64,000 nt of DNA from an uncultured Candidatus Saccharibacteria bacterium (GCA_964513645.1 CAZENF010000003.1:26425-90424); one strand, 5' to 3'; numbered from the stretch's first letter, positions 30,636 to 41,897 are shown. Notes: generated by a model not told the origin, from the sequence alone. A program made the numbers and translations.

Positions 30636-33600
30636 ATGCGGAGGAGTTCTGTTTTTGTATCTGTTTTTTTACTGCTTATTTTGTTTTCTCTGCCCGTTTA
30701 TGCTCAATATGGCAAGAACTCTGTTATTTGGGAAAAAACCGAATGGCATTTTTACCAATCCGAACATTTTGATTACTACATTACGATGGATGTTAAGGAA
30801 GATGTCATTCAGCCTCACTTTAATTCTTTAGTCGAGCATCTCGAAGCTTCTTATGAAAATCTTAGCTCAAGTCTCGGCCAAGACCTTAAGCGTAGGCCTC
30901 TGGTAATTGTAACCCGGACCCACAGCCAGTTCGAAGCTTTGCCGATAGGCGATCCGTTCATGTCTGAAGGCGTTGGTGCTTATGCCATGCCGCGCGGCTC
31001 GCGTCTTCTACCCGGTTCCGAACTTCTTCTTGTTGTTAAACCTGACTTTTTGCCGGTTCTTAACCGGACCATTTATACCCACGAGCTGACCCATATTTTC
31101 CAGTTCGACATGGTTGGTGGAAATATGCTTAGCCGGGCGATGAATTCTGGACCCGAACCGTGGCTTTATGAAGCTACGGCCGAGTATAAGGCCAACCGTT
31201 TCGCGCCTTATACCCGCGATGACATAAGAAAAATGACCCAGCGGGTTGCTGCGGCCAACATCAAAAATCCCCAGATCGGTGGTTTGCCGACCCTCGAAAT
31301 GTGTCAGGAAGGCCAGGCCAATCCTTACGCGGAATGTGAAATGGTTTTTGAATTTTTGGATGCGCGCTACGGTCCTAAAAAGGTCGACGAGTTCATCGTT
31401 AATCTTTTCAAGAACCGCAGGTTGAATTTTATGGGATTGTTGGAAGAAATTTCTAAAGGCGAGTTTTCAAGCCGTGAAGCGTTTGACCGCGCTCACCGCG
31501 ACTATTGGACCTCGCGTTATTCGGAGGATTCTCTCAAAAGGCCTCAGCCTTACAACGATACTTTAAGCGTAAAAGGGCGTCAGGTTCTCAAAAGACCTAA
31601 TGTTTTCCCTTTTATGTCGCCAGTTGTTTCGCACGACGGCTATATTGCTTTTCTGACCTATAACCGGAAATACGGCATTGTCGTTGCGACGGCCAAGAAT
31701 TTGCCGCGCGAAGATCCGCCTTTCATTCCCCGTGAAAAAAGGAAGAAGCAGTGGATGTTCGGCCAAAAAACCATTTCTGAAGTTCAGGAAGTGAACATCC
31801 TGACCGGATTTGTTCCGCCCAAGCCGTACGAATATATTGTTTCCCAGGAAATGGAAACCTGGCCTTTCAATGGTTCAGACCTTGATTGGTGGCAGGATCA
31901 TGACTGGGTCGAAATGATTAAATATGCAAAAGAAAAGATCAATCTTGAAAAAAAGAAATATGTTCAACTTGAGGACGAAGCCAAAAGCGAGAAGAAAGTT
32001 TTCAATCTAGAGCAAGTATCCCGTGAGATTGCCAAGGCCGAGGAAACTCTCGCCGAACTTTACAAGACCCGCAACGTTAATCTTATAGCTTTCTTTGCCC
32101 GATATAACCGGGATCATGCTCTGTTCATTCTCGATGTTAATGCAAAAAAACTCTCAAAACCCATTGAAATACCGCTTGACCAAGGTTTTTCACCCAAGTT
32201 CAGTTCTGACGGCAGGACCATTTATTTTTCGGCGGCCAAGAATATTGACCGCGATATCTATTCCATTGATCTCAAAACTCACGAGACAAAAAATCTTACC
32301 CAAGGCGGAGTATTCAACAGCGCTCCGGCAATATCACCCGACGGGCATTATCTGGCTTATGTCAGTTTTGTCGGCGATTTCCAGAAAATTTTTATCCTGG
32401 ACACAACGACCGGAACAAAAAGCCAACTGACCTACGGACGGTACAACGATAATTCTCCGAGCTGGTCGTCTGACGGTTCGCGATTGGTCTACACTTCTGA
32501 CGAGAAAGACAATATCTGGAATTTGTACACCCTTGATCTCGGTTCTTTGGCTGTAAAGCAGTGGACCGATTTCTACGGCGGTGTCTTTATGCCGGTTTTT
32601 GTCCCCGGTGAGAATGACCGGGTGGTCAATTCGGTCTTTTTCGAGACCGATCAGTATCACAATTTCATTTTCCCGAATTTCAAGTTGTTTGATGATGTTC
32701 TGAAGGAACCTCTCCGGACAGAGAATGTTCAGGATAAGGATTCGAACCTGAACATGCAGCTTGCTTTCCGACCGGAAACCACGGTTGGCCGAGAGATAGA
32801 CCAAAGACAGCTCGACCATCCTCAAGAGCCGCCGTCCCGGTGGCAATTCCATGGGAGCAATGTCAGTTTAGGCACAAGTACTTACTGGGGAGCTTTCGCC
32901 TTTTCCCAGGTCATGGTCCAAGACCTCCTGGCTCACCGGACTCATTCCGGACTTTTCGCCTCGAATGGAGATTTCAAGTACTACGACTATACTTACATCG
33001 ACCAGTCACAGCGCTGGGCTAAGGCCCTGAACTTTAACTATTCCCAGTATCCGCTTTATTACGTTTACTATAACTTCCAGGGCCAGCAGCCGCAGTATCC
33101 AAGCGCTGATCCGAAGAATACCTCAAACCAGACGATTCTGAACAACACCTGGCAACAGGAGCTTAGCGCTACTTTATTCACCCAATACCCGTTTAACAAA
33201 TGGGAGCGGGTTGAATTAGGTATCCGTCCGCACAAACTTAATTACCTCATACCTTTTGAAATATCGTCCGATGACCGGCCGAACGTGCCGCCCATCGACC
33301 TTCAATTCTACGACTATTTCAAAAATGCCGGTGGTAAGTCCAATCTTGGTCTGACCGCGGCTTACGTCCACGATACGGTGCTATATAACCGGGATGCCGG
33401 ACCGTTGAACGGTACGGCTCTGCGCGGACAGATCGAATTCGGTTTGCCTCTGGATAAAGTCTCGCCAAGCTATACCAGCGCCTCGGTTGATGCCCGTTGG
33501 TATCATCAGCTTGCCGGTAGCGCCTTAGTTGCCGCCAGGTTTGCCGGTATGTCGAGTAGCCGTCCGAACGGAGATTTTATCCTCTTGGGCGGTACCGATA

Positions 33601-33908
33601 CTTTGACCGCTTATCCTTACTTCAGTGTCGCCGGCAATCAGGTTGCCTACGGCAGGGGAGAACTGCGTATTCCTTTTGCCGACCTTATTCTGGGCGGAGT
33701 TGTTCCGGTCGGGATTCGAGGCACGGTTTTCGGCGATGCCGCAAAATTAAAATTCACCGAAAGTGTGTTTCCGGCCCAGACCGAGTGGTCATACGGGTTC
33801 AGTCTACAGACGAATTTATTCTTACCCATGAGTTTTGAATGGGCCAGAACCAAGTTCGCACCTAACAACTGGACTTTCAATTTCCGCATCGGAGTTTGGG
33901 GTTTCTAA
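30636..33908 (+). CDS. large secreted multidomain protein: HExxH region + TolB-like beta-propeller repeats + C-terminal beta-barrel-like domain
   Basis: Signal peptide. YTHELTHIF (HExxH). PD40/TolB-like repeats (PKFSSDGRTIYFS, PAISPDGHYLAYVS, PSWSSDGSRLVYTS). Aromatic-rich C-terminal third ending ...FRIGVWGF (terminal Phe, as in OMP beta-barrels). Confidence 0.5.
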   Translation: MRRSSVFVSVFLLLILFSLPVYAQYGKNSVIWEKTEWHFYQSEHFDYYITMDVKEDVIQPHFNSLVEHLEASYENLSSSLGQDLKRRPLVIVTRTHSQFEALPIGDPFMSEGVGAYAMPRGSRLLPGSELLLVVKPDFLPVLNRTIYTHELTHIFQFDMVGGNMLSRAMNSGPEPWLYEATAEYKANRFAPYTRDDIRKMTQRVAAANIKNPQIGGLPTLEMCQEGQANPYAECEMVFEFLDARYGPKKVDEFIVNLFKNRRLNFMGLLEEISKGEFSSREAFDRAHRDYWTSRYSEDSLKRPQPYNDTLSVKGRQVLKRPNVFPFMSPVVSHDGYIAFLTYNRKYGIVVATAKNLPREDPPFIPREKRKKQWMFGQKTISEVQEVNILTGFVPPKPYEYIVSQEMETWPFNGSDLDWWQDHDWVEMIKYAKEKINLEKKKYVQLEDEAKSEKKVFNLEQVSREIAKAEETLAELYKTRNVNLIAFFARYNRDHALFILDVNAKKLSKPIEIPLDQGFSPKFSSDGRTIYFSAAKNIDRDIYSIDLKTHETKNLTQGGVFNSAPAISPDGHYLAYVSFVGDFQKIFILDTTTGTKSQLTYGRYNDNSPSWSSDGSRLVYTSDEKDNIWNLYTLDLGSLAVKQWTDFYGGVFMPVFVPGENDRVVNSVFFETDQYHNFIFPNFKLFDDVLKEPLRTENVQDKDSNLNMQLAFRPETTVGREIDQRQLDHPQEPPSRWQFHGSNVSLGTSTYWGAFAFSQVMVQDLLAHRTHSGLFASNGDFKYYDYTYIDQSQRWAKALNFNYSQYPLYYVYYNFQGQQPQYPSADPKNTSNQTILNNTWQQELSATLFTQYPFNKWERVELGIRPHKLNYLIPFEISSDDRPNVPPIDLQFYDYFKNAGGKSNLGLTAAYVHDTVLYNRDAGPLNGTALRGQIEFGLPLDKVSPSYTSASVDARWYHQLAGSALVAARFAGMSSSRPNGDFILLGGTDTLTAYPYFSVAGNQVAYGRGELRIPFADLILGGVVPVGIRGTVFGDAAKLKFTESVFPAQTEWSYGFSLQTNLFLPMSFEWARTKFAPNNWTFNFRIGVWGF

Positions 33909-33915
33909 ACTCTTA

Positions 33916-33947
33916 AAGGCCTTCATTTAACGAAGGCCTTTTAAATT
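33916..33947 (+). terminator. rho-independent terminator
   Basis: aaggccttc-atttaac-gaaggcctt followed by ttaaatt. Confidence 0.55.
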
Positions 33948-34008
33948 GACAGTGTCTTTCGGCGGTGTATATTTACATTAATCAGAGGTTCTTTTAAAAA
34001 GAGGTTTT

Positions 34009-34662
34009 GTGGTCAAATTACTCTTATTTTCCTTTATGGTTATGACCTTTATTTTGCCGTCAAAAACTTTCGGTCAGAGTGCTGACAGGCCTGATATAAG
34101 CGGCTGGGATATGGTCAGTGAAAGACAGCTCGAATTTAGAGCTAATGACTATACCACCGTTTTTGTTGGTCTGGTTAGAGAGTACCGGGATCCAGAGAAC
34201 GAAGATGTGCATGTGCAGATATTTAACCGGCACATAGTTTTGGTCTCAGAAAGACCGAGAGAAGATGCTACCGATCCTAATTACGGAAGGTCGGCTTTGA
34301 CCCTTGGTTCTGGAACAAATTTTCATCTGAAGCGGCAGCAGGATGCGTTGGAAAGAGTTCGGAAATCTGTCGATCCGGTCGCTTATATCCGCTGGCAAGT
34401 AACACATGACGAGCGTTCCGGCCAGGATTTTCTAACTGGAAAAGTTGAGTCGTGGCTTTTGGACCAGGGCAACAATTGGGTCTATGCTCCCGGTACGAAG
34501 ATAACCGAAGCTCCTCTTACCGAGCCTTCAAAGATAGACCCGAAAAAGACGGTCATTGTCGGTCTAAGGCTTTCTCTCGGCCGTTCCATCCACCTTTTGC
34601 GTGCTGATCAAAACGATCTCCTGGCGCTCGAGGTCAGAAGGAAGGCTTCAAATGCCAAGTAA
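34009..34662 (+). CDS. hypothetical secreted protein
   Basis: Signal peptide. No motif recognised. Confidence 0.4.
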   Translation: MVKLLLFSFMVMTFILPSKTFGQSADRPDISGWDMVSERQLEFRANDYTTVFVGLVREYRDPENEDVHVQIFNRHIVLVSERPREDATDPNYGRSALTLGSGTNFHLKRQQDALERVRKSVDPVAYIRWQVTHDERSGQDFLTGKVESWLLDQGNNWVYAPGTKITEAPLTEPSKIDPKKTVIVGLRLSLGRSIHLLRADQNDLLALEVRRKASNAK

Positions 34663-35935
34663 GCGTTTTGGTTTTCTGATGACCTTTTTCTTTTTCGTCT
34701 CGGCTGTTTTGGCCGGGGCTCAAGGCAGGAATACGGATATTCCTCCTGATATACCCGAATATTTTTTGCAGCGCTACGGCCACTTTGTTCTCAAGAATGA
34801 GTACAAGGCGATCGAGAAACTGGATAAAAAACTTAAAGATCTGGACAAACATCATGCTTCGGATATAGAGAAAGCTCCATTCTTGACTGAACGAGAGAAG
34901 CTTATAAAAGAGTTTTGGGACAAACGTGATATTGATCCGTCAACGCCTGAAAATGAGTTCAAGGCCATGGTCGATGAACGCATAGATGATATTGCCGAGG
35001 AAAGATATTTTTCCCATCCGGATACAATGGGTCTGCTTTTCAGATCAAACGACGGTTATCACGGAGCGATGGCCAAGGTTTACCTTCTCCACGGTAATCC
35101 GGACGCTATTTCGGTCATGCCCCAGTCAAATTATTTCAGCGATATGATGTTGTGGCTTTATATGGACAAAGAAAGAGGCAGTATCAGATTTGCATTCTTG
35201 TTCTACAGGCGGAGGAACTTAGGCGGTTACATGTTACTTAACCAGGACTCATATCGTATGGATCCGTGTCAGGCGGTGAACGAAGTTATGCTCATGCCGA
35301 CCTTTTCTTTGCAGGGCTGTACTGAGGAAATACTGAATGCTCTTAATCAGCTTCAGATTGCTCAAACCAGTGACAACACTCCAGGTTATGTGTTCGCCTG
35401 GGCGCTTTCTAATTTTTCCCAGGATCCTTCCATTATGCAGGGCCAGGCTCTTGAGCCGCCTCTGCCTGCAACGGCCGCAATTCAGGGCTTAAATTCGAGA
35501 GTTGTCGGAGAAGCGGCGCCTTCAGTCAGCGGCGGAAAAACATTTAAGCCGGTCTTGGCAGAATGTCCGATGTGTAATTCGATGATACCGACATATATTT
35601 CGCTGAAAGATATGAACCTCTCCGTTGCCCAGAAAGATCTCGACTGGTCTGTACCGGAAGAGAGTAAGATCAAGGCCGATCTGAATTTAACAGTAATTAT
35701 AGAATTTCTTGGTGATAAGTCCGCCAAACCTTTAATTTTTGACAACAACGTAACTATCACCGGGTCCAAAGATTTCCTCGATAAAAATCCTGCCCACAAT
35801 CTAAAAATTCCTCTCGGAAACAAGGCCGAACTGGCTTCCGTTCCCGCCGGAAATTACCGGGTCTACATATATTTAAAAAATAATCTGACCAATAAATATA
35901 CCGCTTTGATGATAGAAAAATTTGTTAAGCAATAA
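34652..35935 (+). CDS. hypothetical secreted protein
   Basis: ORF track start is 34601. The Met at 34652 (MPSKRFGFLMTFFFFVSAVLAGAQG, a signal peptide) is the likelier start. Confidence 0.4.
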   Translation: MPSKRFGFLMTFFFFVSAVLAGAQGRNTDIPPDIPEYFLQRYGHFVLKNEYKAIEKLDKKLKDLDKHHASDIEKAPFLTEREKLIKEFWDKRDIDPSTPENEFKAMVDERIDDIAEERYFSHPDTMGLLFRSNDGYHGAMAKVYLLHGNPDAISVMPQSNYFSDMMLWLYMDKERGSIRFAFLFYRRRNLGGYMLLNQDSYRMDPCQAVNEVMLMPTFSLQGCTEEILNALNQLQIAQTSDNTPGYVFAWALSNFSQDPSIMQGQALEPPLPATAAIQGLNSRVVGEAAPSVSGGKTFKPVLAECPMCNSMIPTYISLKDMNLSVAQKDLDWSVPEESKIKADLNLTVIIEFLGDKSAKPLIFDNNVTITGSKDFLDKNPAHNLKIPLGNKAELASVPAGNYRVYIYLKNNLTNKYTALMIEKFVKQ

Positions 35936-35959
35936 ACCCCTTTCAGGGGTTTTATTTTT
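35935..35959 (+). terminator. rho-independent terminator
   Basis: aacccc-tttca-ggggtt followed by ttatttttc. Confidence 0.6.
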
Positions 35960-35992
35960 CAATAATTCTGTGTTAAATTTACGCTATAATCT

Positions 35993-37807
35993 ATGAGCGA
36001 TAACATCTCTCAAATTAAAGAACGCCTGAATGTAGTGGACGTCATTTCGGGTTATATAAAGGTCCAGAAATCGGGGGTTAATTTTAAGGCCCGATGCCCT
36101 TTTCATAACGAGAAAACCCCGTCATTTTATATTTCTCCCGAACGTCAGATCTGGCATTGTTTTGGTTGTCAGAAGGGCGGAGATGTTTTCGGCTTCGTTA
36201 AGGAAATAGAAGGAGTCGAATTTCCTGAAGCCCTAAGGATGTTGGCCCAGAAGGCCGGTGTTAAGTTGCATAACTTTGATCCTTCGATAAAAGATAAAAA
36301 AGCGGTTCTCTACGAGATAACCGAAGTTTCCGCAAAGTTTTTTGAAAAACAGCTTCATCATTCATCGGTCGGCAAAAAAGCTTTTAACTATCTCAAAGAA
36401 AGAGGAATGTCTGAAGATACCATCACAGAATTCCGTCTCGGTTTTGCCCCGGATGACTGGCATGGATTGTCTAATTTTTTGCGTGATTGCGGTTATCAAG
36501 AAAAAGATATCGTTGAGTCTGGTTTGGCTATAAAAAAAGAGACCGGTGGCGATATTTATGACCGGTTCCGTTCGAGAATAATTTTTCCAATAGCCGATAT
36601 TCATGACCAGGTCGTGGGTTTTACTGGACGGGTGTTTGAATACGCCAAGACGCCCGAATTTCCCGGCCACAAAGCCGTTGAACCGGGAGCGAAATATATT
36701 AATACACCCCAGACCTCAATCTATGACAAAAGCCGTGTGCTCTACTGTCTGAACAAGGGAAAAACCGAGGCCCGGCAGGCAGACCGCTGCCTACTTGTCG
36801 AAGGCAATATGGATGCTATAATGTCATATCAAGCCGGAGTCAAGAACGTAGCTGCTACCTCAGGTACAGCCCTTACTCCGAGTCACCTGCAACTTTTGCA
36901 GAGATACACAAGTAACCTTGATTTTTGCTTCGATACTGACCAGGCCGGACTAGTCGCCACCAGGCGGGGATTGGGACTGGCTCTAAGCCAGAATTTAAAT
37001 GTTAAAATAATCCCCCTTAAAGATCCGGACTGTAAAGATCCTGCCGACTATGTTAAAAAGTTCGGTGAGAAGTGGCAGGAATTGGTTAAAACGGCTAAGC
37101 CGGTAGTAGATTTTTATTTTGAAAAGTTGAGTTCCGAGTTTGACCTGGCAAGCGTTGAAGGCAAAAAAGCCGTCATTGCCTCGCTCGGCCCCCTTATCCG
37201 GCGTTTGACCAGTCGGGTTGAACGTTCGCATTGGATATCCAAATTAGCCGTCGCTTTTAAGACCAAAGAAGACGCGATTGAAGCGGATATATTATCGGCA
37301 AAGGATGACCTCGATGTTTATATTGCCGACCAGCCCAAAAAAATTTCCGAACAAAAAGTTCCGGAGGTCAAACCGGTCGGGGATATGCTTCTCGAAGCTT
37401 TGCTTGCCGTTATTATCCGGAAGCCATTGTTGTTCAAAGATCATTTACCGGAATTAAGACCCGAATTGCTTAACGGACCGACTGCCGACATTGTAAGTGA
37501 AATTAAAAAAACAAATCTTGATAATTTCAAGTTCGGAAAATTTTCTGAAAGATTCGAGAATGCCGAGAAAATGCATCTCGAGTTTTCCTATCTGAAGGCC
37601 CAGGAATTTTTATCAGATTTCAGTGATGAAGACCTTGTGGCCGAATTCAATAATATCAGGAACAAACTTGAAAGACGGGCGCTGTCGGTTCAGCTGGCCG
37701 GACTCGAGTTCGATATCAAAGCGGCCGAAGCTGGAAAAGATAAAGTACGCTTGGCTGTGCTTTTGAAAGATTTCGACAAATTAGCCAAAGACCTGAATAA
37801 AAATTAA
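35993..37807 (+). CDS. dnaG: DNA primase DnaG
   Basis: CHC2 zinc finger [37 protein letters not shown] region ([15 protein letters not shown]). 604 aa. Confidence 0.9.
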   Translation: MSDNISQIKERLNVVDVISGYIKVQKSGVNFKARCPFHNEKTPSFYISPERQIWHCFGCQKGGDVFGFVKEIEGVEFPEALRMLAQKAGVKLHNFDPSIKDKKAVLYEITEVSAKFFEKQLHHSSVGKKAFNYLKERGMSEDTITEFRLGFAPDDWHGLSNFLRDCGYQEKDIVESGLAIKKETGGDIYDRFRSRIIFPIADIHDQVVGFTGRVFEYAKTPEFPGHKAVEPGAKYINTPQTSIYDKSRVLYCLNKGKTEARQADRCLLVEGNMDAIMSYQAGVKNVAATSGTALTPSHLQLLQRYTSNLDFCFDTDQAGLVATRRGLGLALSQNLNVKIIPLKDPDCKDPADYVKKFGEKWQELVKTAKPVVDFYFEKLSSEFDLASVEGKKAVIASLGPLIRRLTSRVERSHWISKLAVAFKTKEDAIEADILSAKDDLDVYIADQPKKISEQKVPEVKPVGDMLLEALLAVIIRKPLLFKDHLPELRPELLNGPTADIVSEIKKTNLDNFKFGKFSERFENAEKMHLEFSYLKAQEFLSDFSDEDLVAEFNNIRNKLERRALSVQLAGLEFDIKAAEAGKDKVRLAVLLKDFDKLAKDLNKN

Positions 37808-37817
37808 TTTAAAAAAT

Positions 37818-39020
37818 TTGAAAAAGAATAAAAATAAAAAAGCTTCTAAGAAGCCAGCCAAGAAAAAGGTCAAAGCCTCCAAACCTAAGAAGGTCAAAAA
37901 ACTTAAGAAAGTTAGTAAGACGAGAGAGGCTTCGCCTAAAAAGTCGCCTATCACTGAAGGTCAGGTTTTGGCTTTGATAGAAAAAGGCAAACACCGGGGC
38001 TTTGTCACTCAAGCCGAAATAATCAATACTTTTCCCAATCTTGAAAAGGACATTAAAGGCCTCGAAGGATTATATGATCGTCTTGAAGCTTCGAACATAA
38101 ACATCATTGAATCCGGTCAGGTTTTTCATGAGGAAAAGGCGAGAGAGTATGATGAAAAGAAAAAAGTCGAACTGGAACTTGAAGAGGCCTCGACCTCGGA
38201 CTCGGTCCAGATGTATCTTCGTGAAATAGGTAAATACGCTCTTTTGTCGAGTGAAGAGGAAGTAGAATTGGCCAAAAGGATAGAGAAGAACGACGAAGCG
38301 GCCCGTCACAAACTGGCGCTTTCAAATTTGCGTTTGGTTGTTTCTATTGCCAAAAAATATGTCGGCCGTTCGCCGAATCTGACATTACTTGATTTGATAC
38401 AGGAGGGGAACATCGGTTTGTTCAAAGCGGTTGAAAAATTCGATTACAAGCGTGGTTATAAATTTTCGACTTACGCCACCTGGTGGATACGGCAAGCCAT
38501 TACGCGTGCCTTGGCTGATCAGGGCAAAACCATCCGTATCCCGGTTCACATGGTTGAGACGATAAATAAATACCAGCAGGTTGTCCGGCGTTTGGTCCAG
38601 GACCTGGGCCGCGAACCGTTGCCGGAAGAAACAGCTGCCGAAATGGGTGTTGAAGTCGACAAGATAAGATATATCCAGAAGATTTCCCAGGACACCGTTT
38701 CTCTTGAAGCACCGGTGGGCCAGGACGATGAAGACAGCGCTCTTGAAAGTTTTATTCCTGATGAAGACACCATCACGCCTTCAATGGCTACCGCGCGTAA
38801 AATTCTCAAGACCCATTTGCAGGAGATAATCAATGACCTGACTCCAAGAGAGCAGAAAATTCTCGATATGCGTTTTGGTCTGACTGACGGCGTGACCCAC
38901 ACTCTGGAAGAAGTAGGCAAGGTCTTCACCGTCACCCGCGAACGTATCAGGCAAATCGAAGCCAAGGCTCTCGAAAAAATCAGGCAACACCATAAGGTAG
39001 AGAAGCTAAAAGGATACTAA
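37818..39020 (+). CDS. rpoD: RNA polymerase sigma factor RpoD with Lys-rich N-terminal tail
   Basis: Region 2 ([40 protein letters not shown]) and region 4.2 ([24 protein letters not shown]). Directly downstream of dnaG, the classic MMS operon. Confidence 0.9.
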   Translation: MKKNKNKKASKKPAKKKVKASKPKKVKKLKKVSKTREASPKKSPITEGQVLALIEKGKHRGFVTQAEIINTFPNLEKDIKGLEGLYDRLEASNINIIESGQVFHEEKAREYDEKKKVELELEEASTSDSVQMYLREIGKYALLSSEEEVELAKRIEKNDEAARHKLALSNLRLVVSIAKKYVGRSPNLTLLDLIQEGNIGLFKAVEKFDYKRGYKFSTYATWWIRQAITRALADQGKTIRIPVHMVETINKYQQVVRRLVQDLGREPLPEETAAEMGVEVDKIRYIQKISQDTVSLEAPVGQDDEDSALESFIPDEDTITPSMATARKILKTHLQEIINDLTPREQKILDMRFGLTDGVTHTLEEVGKVFTVTRERIRQIEAKALEKIRQHHKVEKLKGY

Positions 39021-39048
39021 AAATATTCTTTTAATTTTGGTATAATGT

Positions 39049-39822
39049 TTGGATATGGACAATGAAATGAACTTTGCGGAGCCGGCAGGGGAAGGACCAG
39101 GATCGGAAATGCCGGAAATTCCACCTCACTTATCCGTCCCTCATTGGGTAATTGTTTCTATGACCATTATTGCCGTCATCGGCTACTTTATGGTTTCTTA
39201 TGTTTATGCCCTTTGGCCTTTCGGCAGTCTTCTCCCTCCTTTGCCGCCCCTTAGTCCGGTCACTAATATCGGTTCTGTGCCTTATTACACTCCTTATCCC
39301 GAAGAATCTCTCGGTGTTGATATAACTCCTTCTCCAACTCCCGGAATGTCCGACACCTCGACCTGGAAAACCTACACCAACAGCCAGTACGGGTTTAGTT
39401 TTATGTATCCGGGGGATTGGATTGAGGATAAAATTGGCTCAGATGGCGAAGTAACTTCACTTTCTAGTCCAGAAACAATTAAAGAGCGTAAAAATTGTGT
39501 TGAGGGTTGTGGCCCGGACATATCCTTTAATTATCATTTGAATATTAGAGATCTTCGGGATGTTAAATATAATGGTGTTAAGGCTCAAACCCTCTACGAT
39601 TATGTACATTCTGGAAATGGAGCTATTATAAATGTTGAACCGATTATAATATCTGGCCAGAGTGGTTTCGATATGGTTTATGCAGGGGAATCTGGTGTCT
39701 ATGCTATCTTAATTCAAAAAGATAGCCATATTTACGAAATAATTTTCGATAATGCTTTTGATAAAAATCAATTAAGTACAACCGATAACCAAATCCTCTC
39801 CACCTTCAAATTCATTCAATAA
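39049..39822 (+). CDS. hypothetical secreted protein, paralog of 50..841
   Basis: Pro-rich N-terminus with a TM helix, then the shared DTSTWKTYTNSQYGFSFMYP block and C-terminal ILSTFKF. Confidence 0.5.
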   Translation: MDMDNEMNFAEPAGEGPGSEMPEIPPHLSVPHWVIVSMTIIAVIGYFMVSYVYALWPFGSLLPPLPPLSPVTNIGSVPYYTPYPEESLGVDITPSPTPGMSDTSTWKTYTNSQYGFSFMYPGDWIEDKIGSDGEVTSLSSPETIKERKNCVEGCGPDISFNYHLNIRDLRDVKYNGVKAQTLYDYVHSGNGAIINVEPIIISGQSGFDMVYAGESGVYAILIQKDSHIYEIIFDNAFDKNQLSTTDNQILSTFKFIQ

Positions 39823-39874
39823 AGAAGCAAAACTCTTTTATCTCGCAGACCGTCTTTTTTCGAGCGGCTACAAT

Positions 39875-39995
39875 ATTAGAATTAATTGAAAATTAAGTTA
39901 TCCAACAAATTTGAGAGGAGTTCCACCGCCATATTGGCGGATATACAGGACGACGAGGCTCAAATTTATTAACTTAATTGAGATTAATTCTAATA
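39875..39995. repeat. ~120-nt near-perfect long hairpin (nested inverted repeats)
   Basis: attagaattaattgaaaattaagtt ... aacttaattgagattaattctaat as outer arms. Inner caaatttgag/ctcaaattt and ccgccatattggcgg stems. Confidence 0.5.
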
Positions 39996-40090
39996 TTTAG
40001 CCACGAAGACAAAAAGTAGGTCAAGAAATGAAAGAGCTTTGCGAGCCAATCCTACTTGTATGACTTTCCTACTTATGTTAGCATGCCTTC

Positions 40091-40336
40091 ATGATTCCTA
40101 AGACTCACAAATCTCATCTCTTTTACGGAACAACCACTATTGGCGAGAAAGGCCAGACGGTCATTCCGGTTAAAGCCCGTGAAGCAATGGGTATGAAAAA
40201 AGGGGAACAACTGCTCGTTTTCGGCATGGGTCATGAAATGCTCGTTTTTTCAAAGCTTTCTAATCTCGAAAAATTAGCCAGCCATTTGGAGGATAAATTA
40301 AGAGGTTTAAGGAAGATAATTAAGAAAAAGAAATAA
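40091..40336 (+). CDS. AbrB/MazE/SpoVT-family DNA-binding protein
   Basis: TTIGEKGQTVIPVKAREAMGMKKGEQLLV looped-hinge-helix pattern. 81 aa. Confidence 0.55.
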   Translation: MIPKTHKSHLFYGTTTIGEKGQTVIPVKAREAMGMKKGEQLLVFGMGHEMLVFSKLSNLEKLASHLEDKLRGLRKIIKKKK

Positions 40337-41139
40337 TGGAGAATATAATCGAAGCACAACATTTAAGCAAAAAATTCAACGGCTTTACGGCCGTTGATCA
40401 TATTTCCTTTGAGGTTAAAAAAGGGGAGATTTTTGCGTTCCTCGGCCCTAACGGCGCCGGCAAGTCAACAACTATAAAGATGCTGACGACCCTGCTTCAT
40501 CCGACCGATGGCCATTTGAAGCTCGATGGTTACGATCCGGTCAAAGACCCGACCTCTGTCAGGCGTTCATTTGGAATTGTTTTTCAGGACCCGAGTCTGG
40601 ATGACGAACTGACCGCTTTTGAGAATATGCAGTTCCATGGAGTTTTGTATGGCATTTCTAAAGAGCTTGGCGAGAAAAGAACGGAAGAACTGTTAAAAAT
40701 TGTTGAACTTTGGGATAGGCGGAATGACCTGGTCAAACAATTTTCGGGCGGAATGAAAAGACGACTCGAAATAGCCCGCGGTTTGCTTCATCATCCGAAG
40801 ATATTGTTTCTGGACGAGCCGACCCTGGGACTTGATCCGCAGACCCGCAATCATATGTGGAACTATGTTAAAAATTTGAACAACACCGAAGGCATAACCG
40901 TTTTCTTCACCACTCACTATATGGAGGAGGCAGAAAAAATAGCCCAGAGAATTGCAATTATTGACCACGGCAAGATAGTAGCTTCAGGAACTTCACAGGA
41001 TTTGAAAGCTTCGACCGGGACCCAAACTCTCGAGGAAGCGTTCCTCAAACTTACCGGCAATACTATGCGCGAAGAGGAGTCGAGCGCGGTGGACCATTTG
41101 AGAATGGGTGCAAGGATGTGGAGAGGTCAGCGAAGATAA
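40336..41139 (+). CDS. ABC transporter ATP-binding protein (ABC-2 exporter type)
   Basis: Walker A GPNGAGKST, signature FSGGMKRRL, Walker B ILFLDEPT. Confidence 0.85.
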   Translation: MENIIEAQHLSKKFNGFTAVDHISFEVKKGEIFAFLGPNGAGKSTTIKMLTTLLHPTDGHLKLDGYDPVKDPTSVRRSFGIVFQDPSLDDELTAFENMQFHGVLYGISKELGEKRTEELLKIVELWDRRNDLVKQFSGGMKRRLEIARGLLHHPKILFLDEPTLGLDPQTRNHMWNYVKNLNNTEGITVFFTTHYMEEAEKIAQRIAIIDHGKIVASGTSQDLKASTGTQTLEEAFLKLTGNTMREEESSAVDHLRMGARMWRGQRR

Positions 41140-41897
41140 ATTTTAAATATATGTCGACAATATACATACTTTGGTTAAGACAATTAAAAAGATACTTCCG
41201 TTCAAAGTCGAGGATAATCGGTTCTTTGGGGCAGCCGTTGTTATTCCTTCTCGCCTTGGGTTACGGCTTCGGCCCTGTTTTCCAGAAAGCCGGCCAGGGA
41301 AGTTATATTCAATTCCTGGCGCCGGGTGTTATCGGGATGGGTATAATTTTTACCGCGATATTTTCAGGGATTGAAATAATCTGGGACAGACAATTCGGTT
41401 TTTTGAAAGAAACTCTCGTGGCACCGGTTTCCCGTTTCAATATTATGCTTGGCCGGACGATGGGCGGAGCGACGGTTGCCACCTTCCAAGGGATAATAGT
41501 TTTTATCCTGGCATTACTGGCCGGTTTTCGTCCGATAAGCTGGGTTATGGCGCCCTTGATAATCCCGGTCATGTTTCTGGTGGCTTTGCTTTTTACCGCT
41601 TTAGGCACCGCGATTGCCTCACGTCTCGAAGATATGCAGGGTTTTCAGCTGATAATGAATTTTTTGGTAATGCCCTTGTTTTTCCTTTCGGGTTCTCTGT
41701 TCCCTTTGAGCGGTTTACCTGCTGCAATATTGATCGTTGCTAAAGCTGACCCGCTTTCCTACGGAATAGACTCTTTCAGGGGAATTCTTCTAAATTCTTC
41801 TCATTTTGGCCTGTCCCATGATCTGGCAATTCTTACTGTTGTTACTTTTTTGTTCATCTGGGTCGGCAGTTATTTATTCTCAAAGATACAGGTCTGA
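41118..41897 (+). CDS. ABC-2 family transporter permease
   Basis: Six predicted TM helices. 22-nt overlap with the ATPase gene. Confidence 0.7.
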   Translation: MERSAKINFKYMSTIYILWLRQLKRYFRSKSRIIGSLGQPLLFLLALGYGFGPVFQKAGQGSYIQFLAPGVIGMGIIFTAIFSGIEIIWDRQFGFLKETLVAPVSRFNIMLGRTMGGATVATFQGIIVFILALLAGFRPISWVMAPLIIPVMFLVALLFTALGTAIASRLEDMQGFQLIMNFLVMPLFFLSGSLFPLSGLPAAILIVAKADPLSYGIDSFRGILLNSSHFGLSHDLAILTVVTFLFIWVGSYLFSKIQV

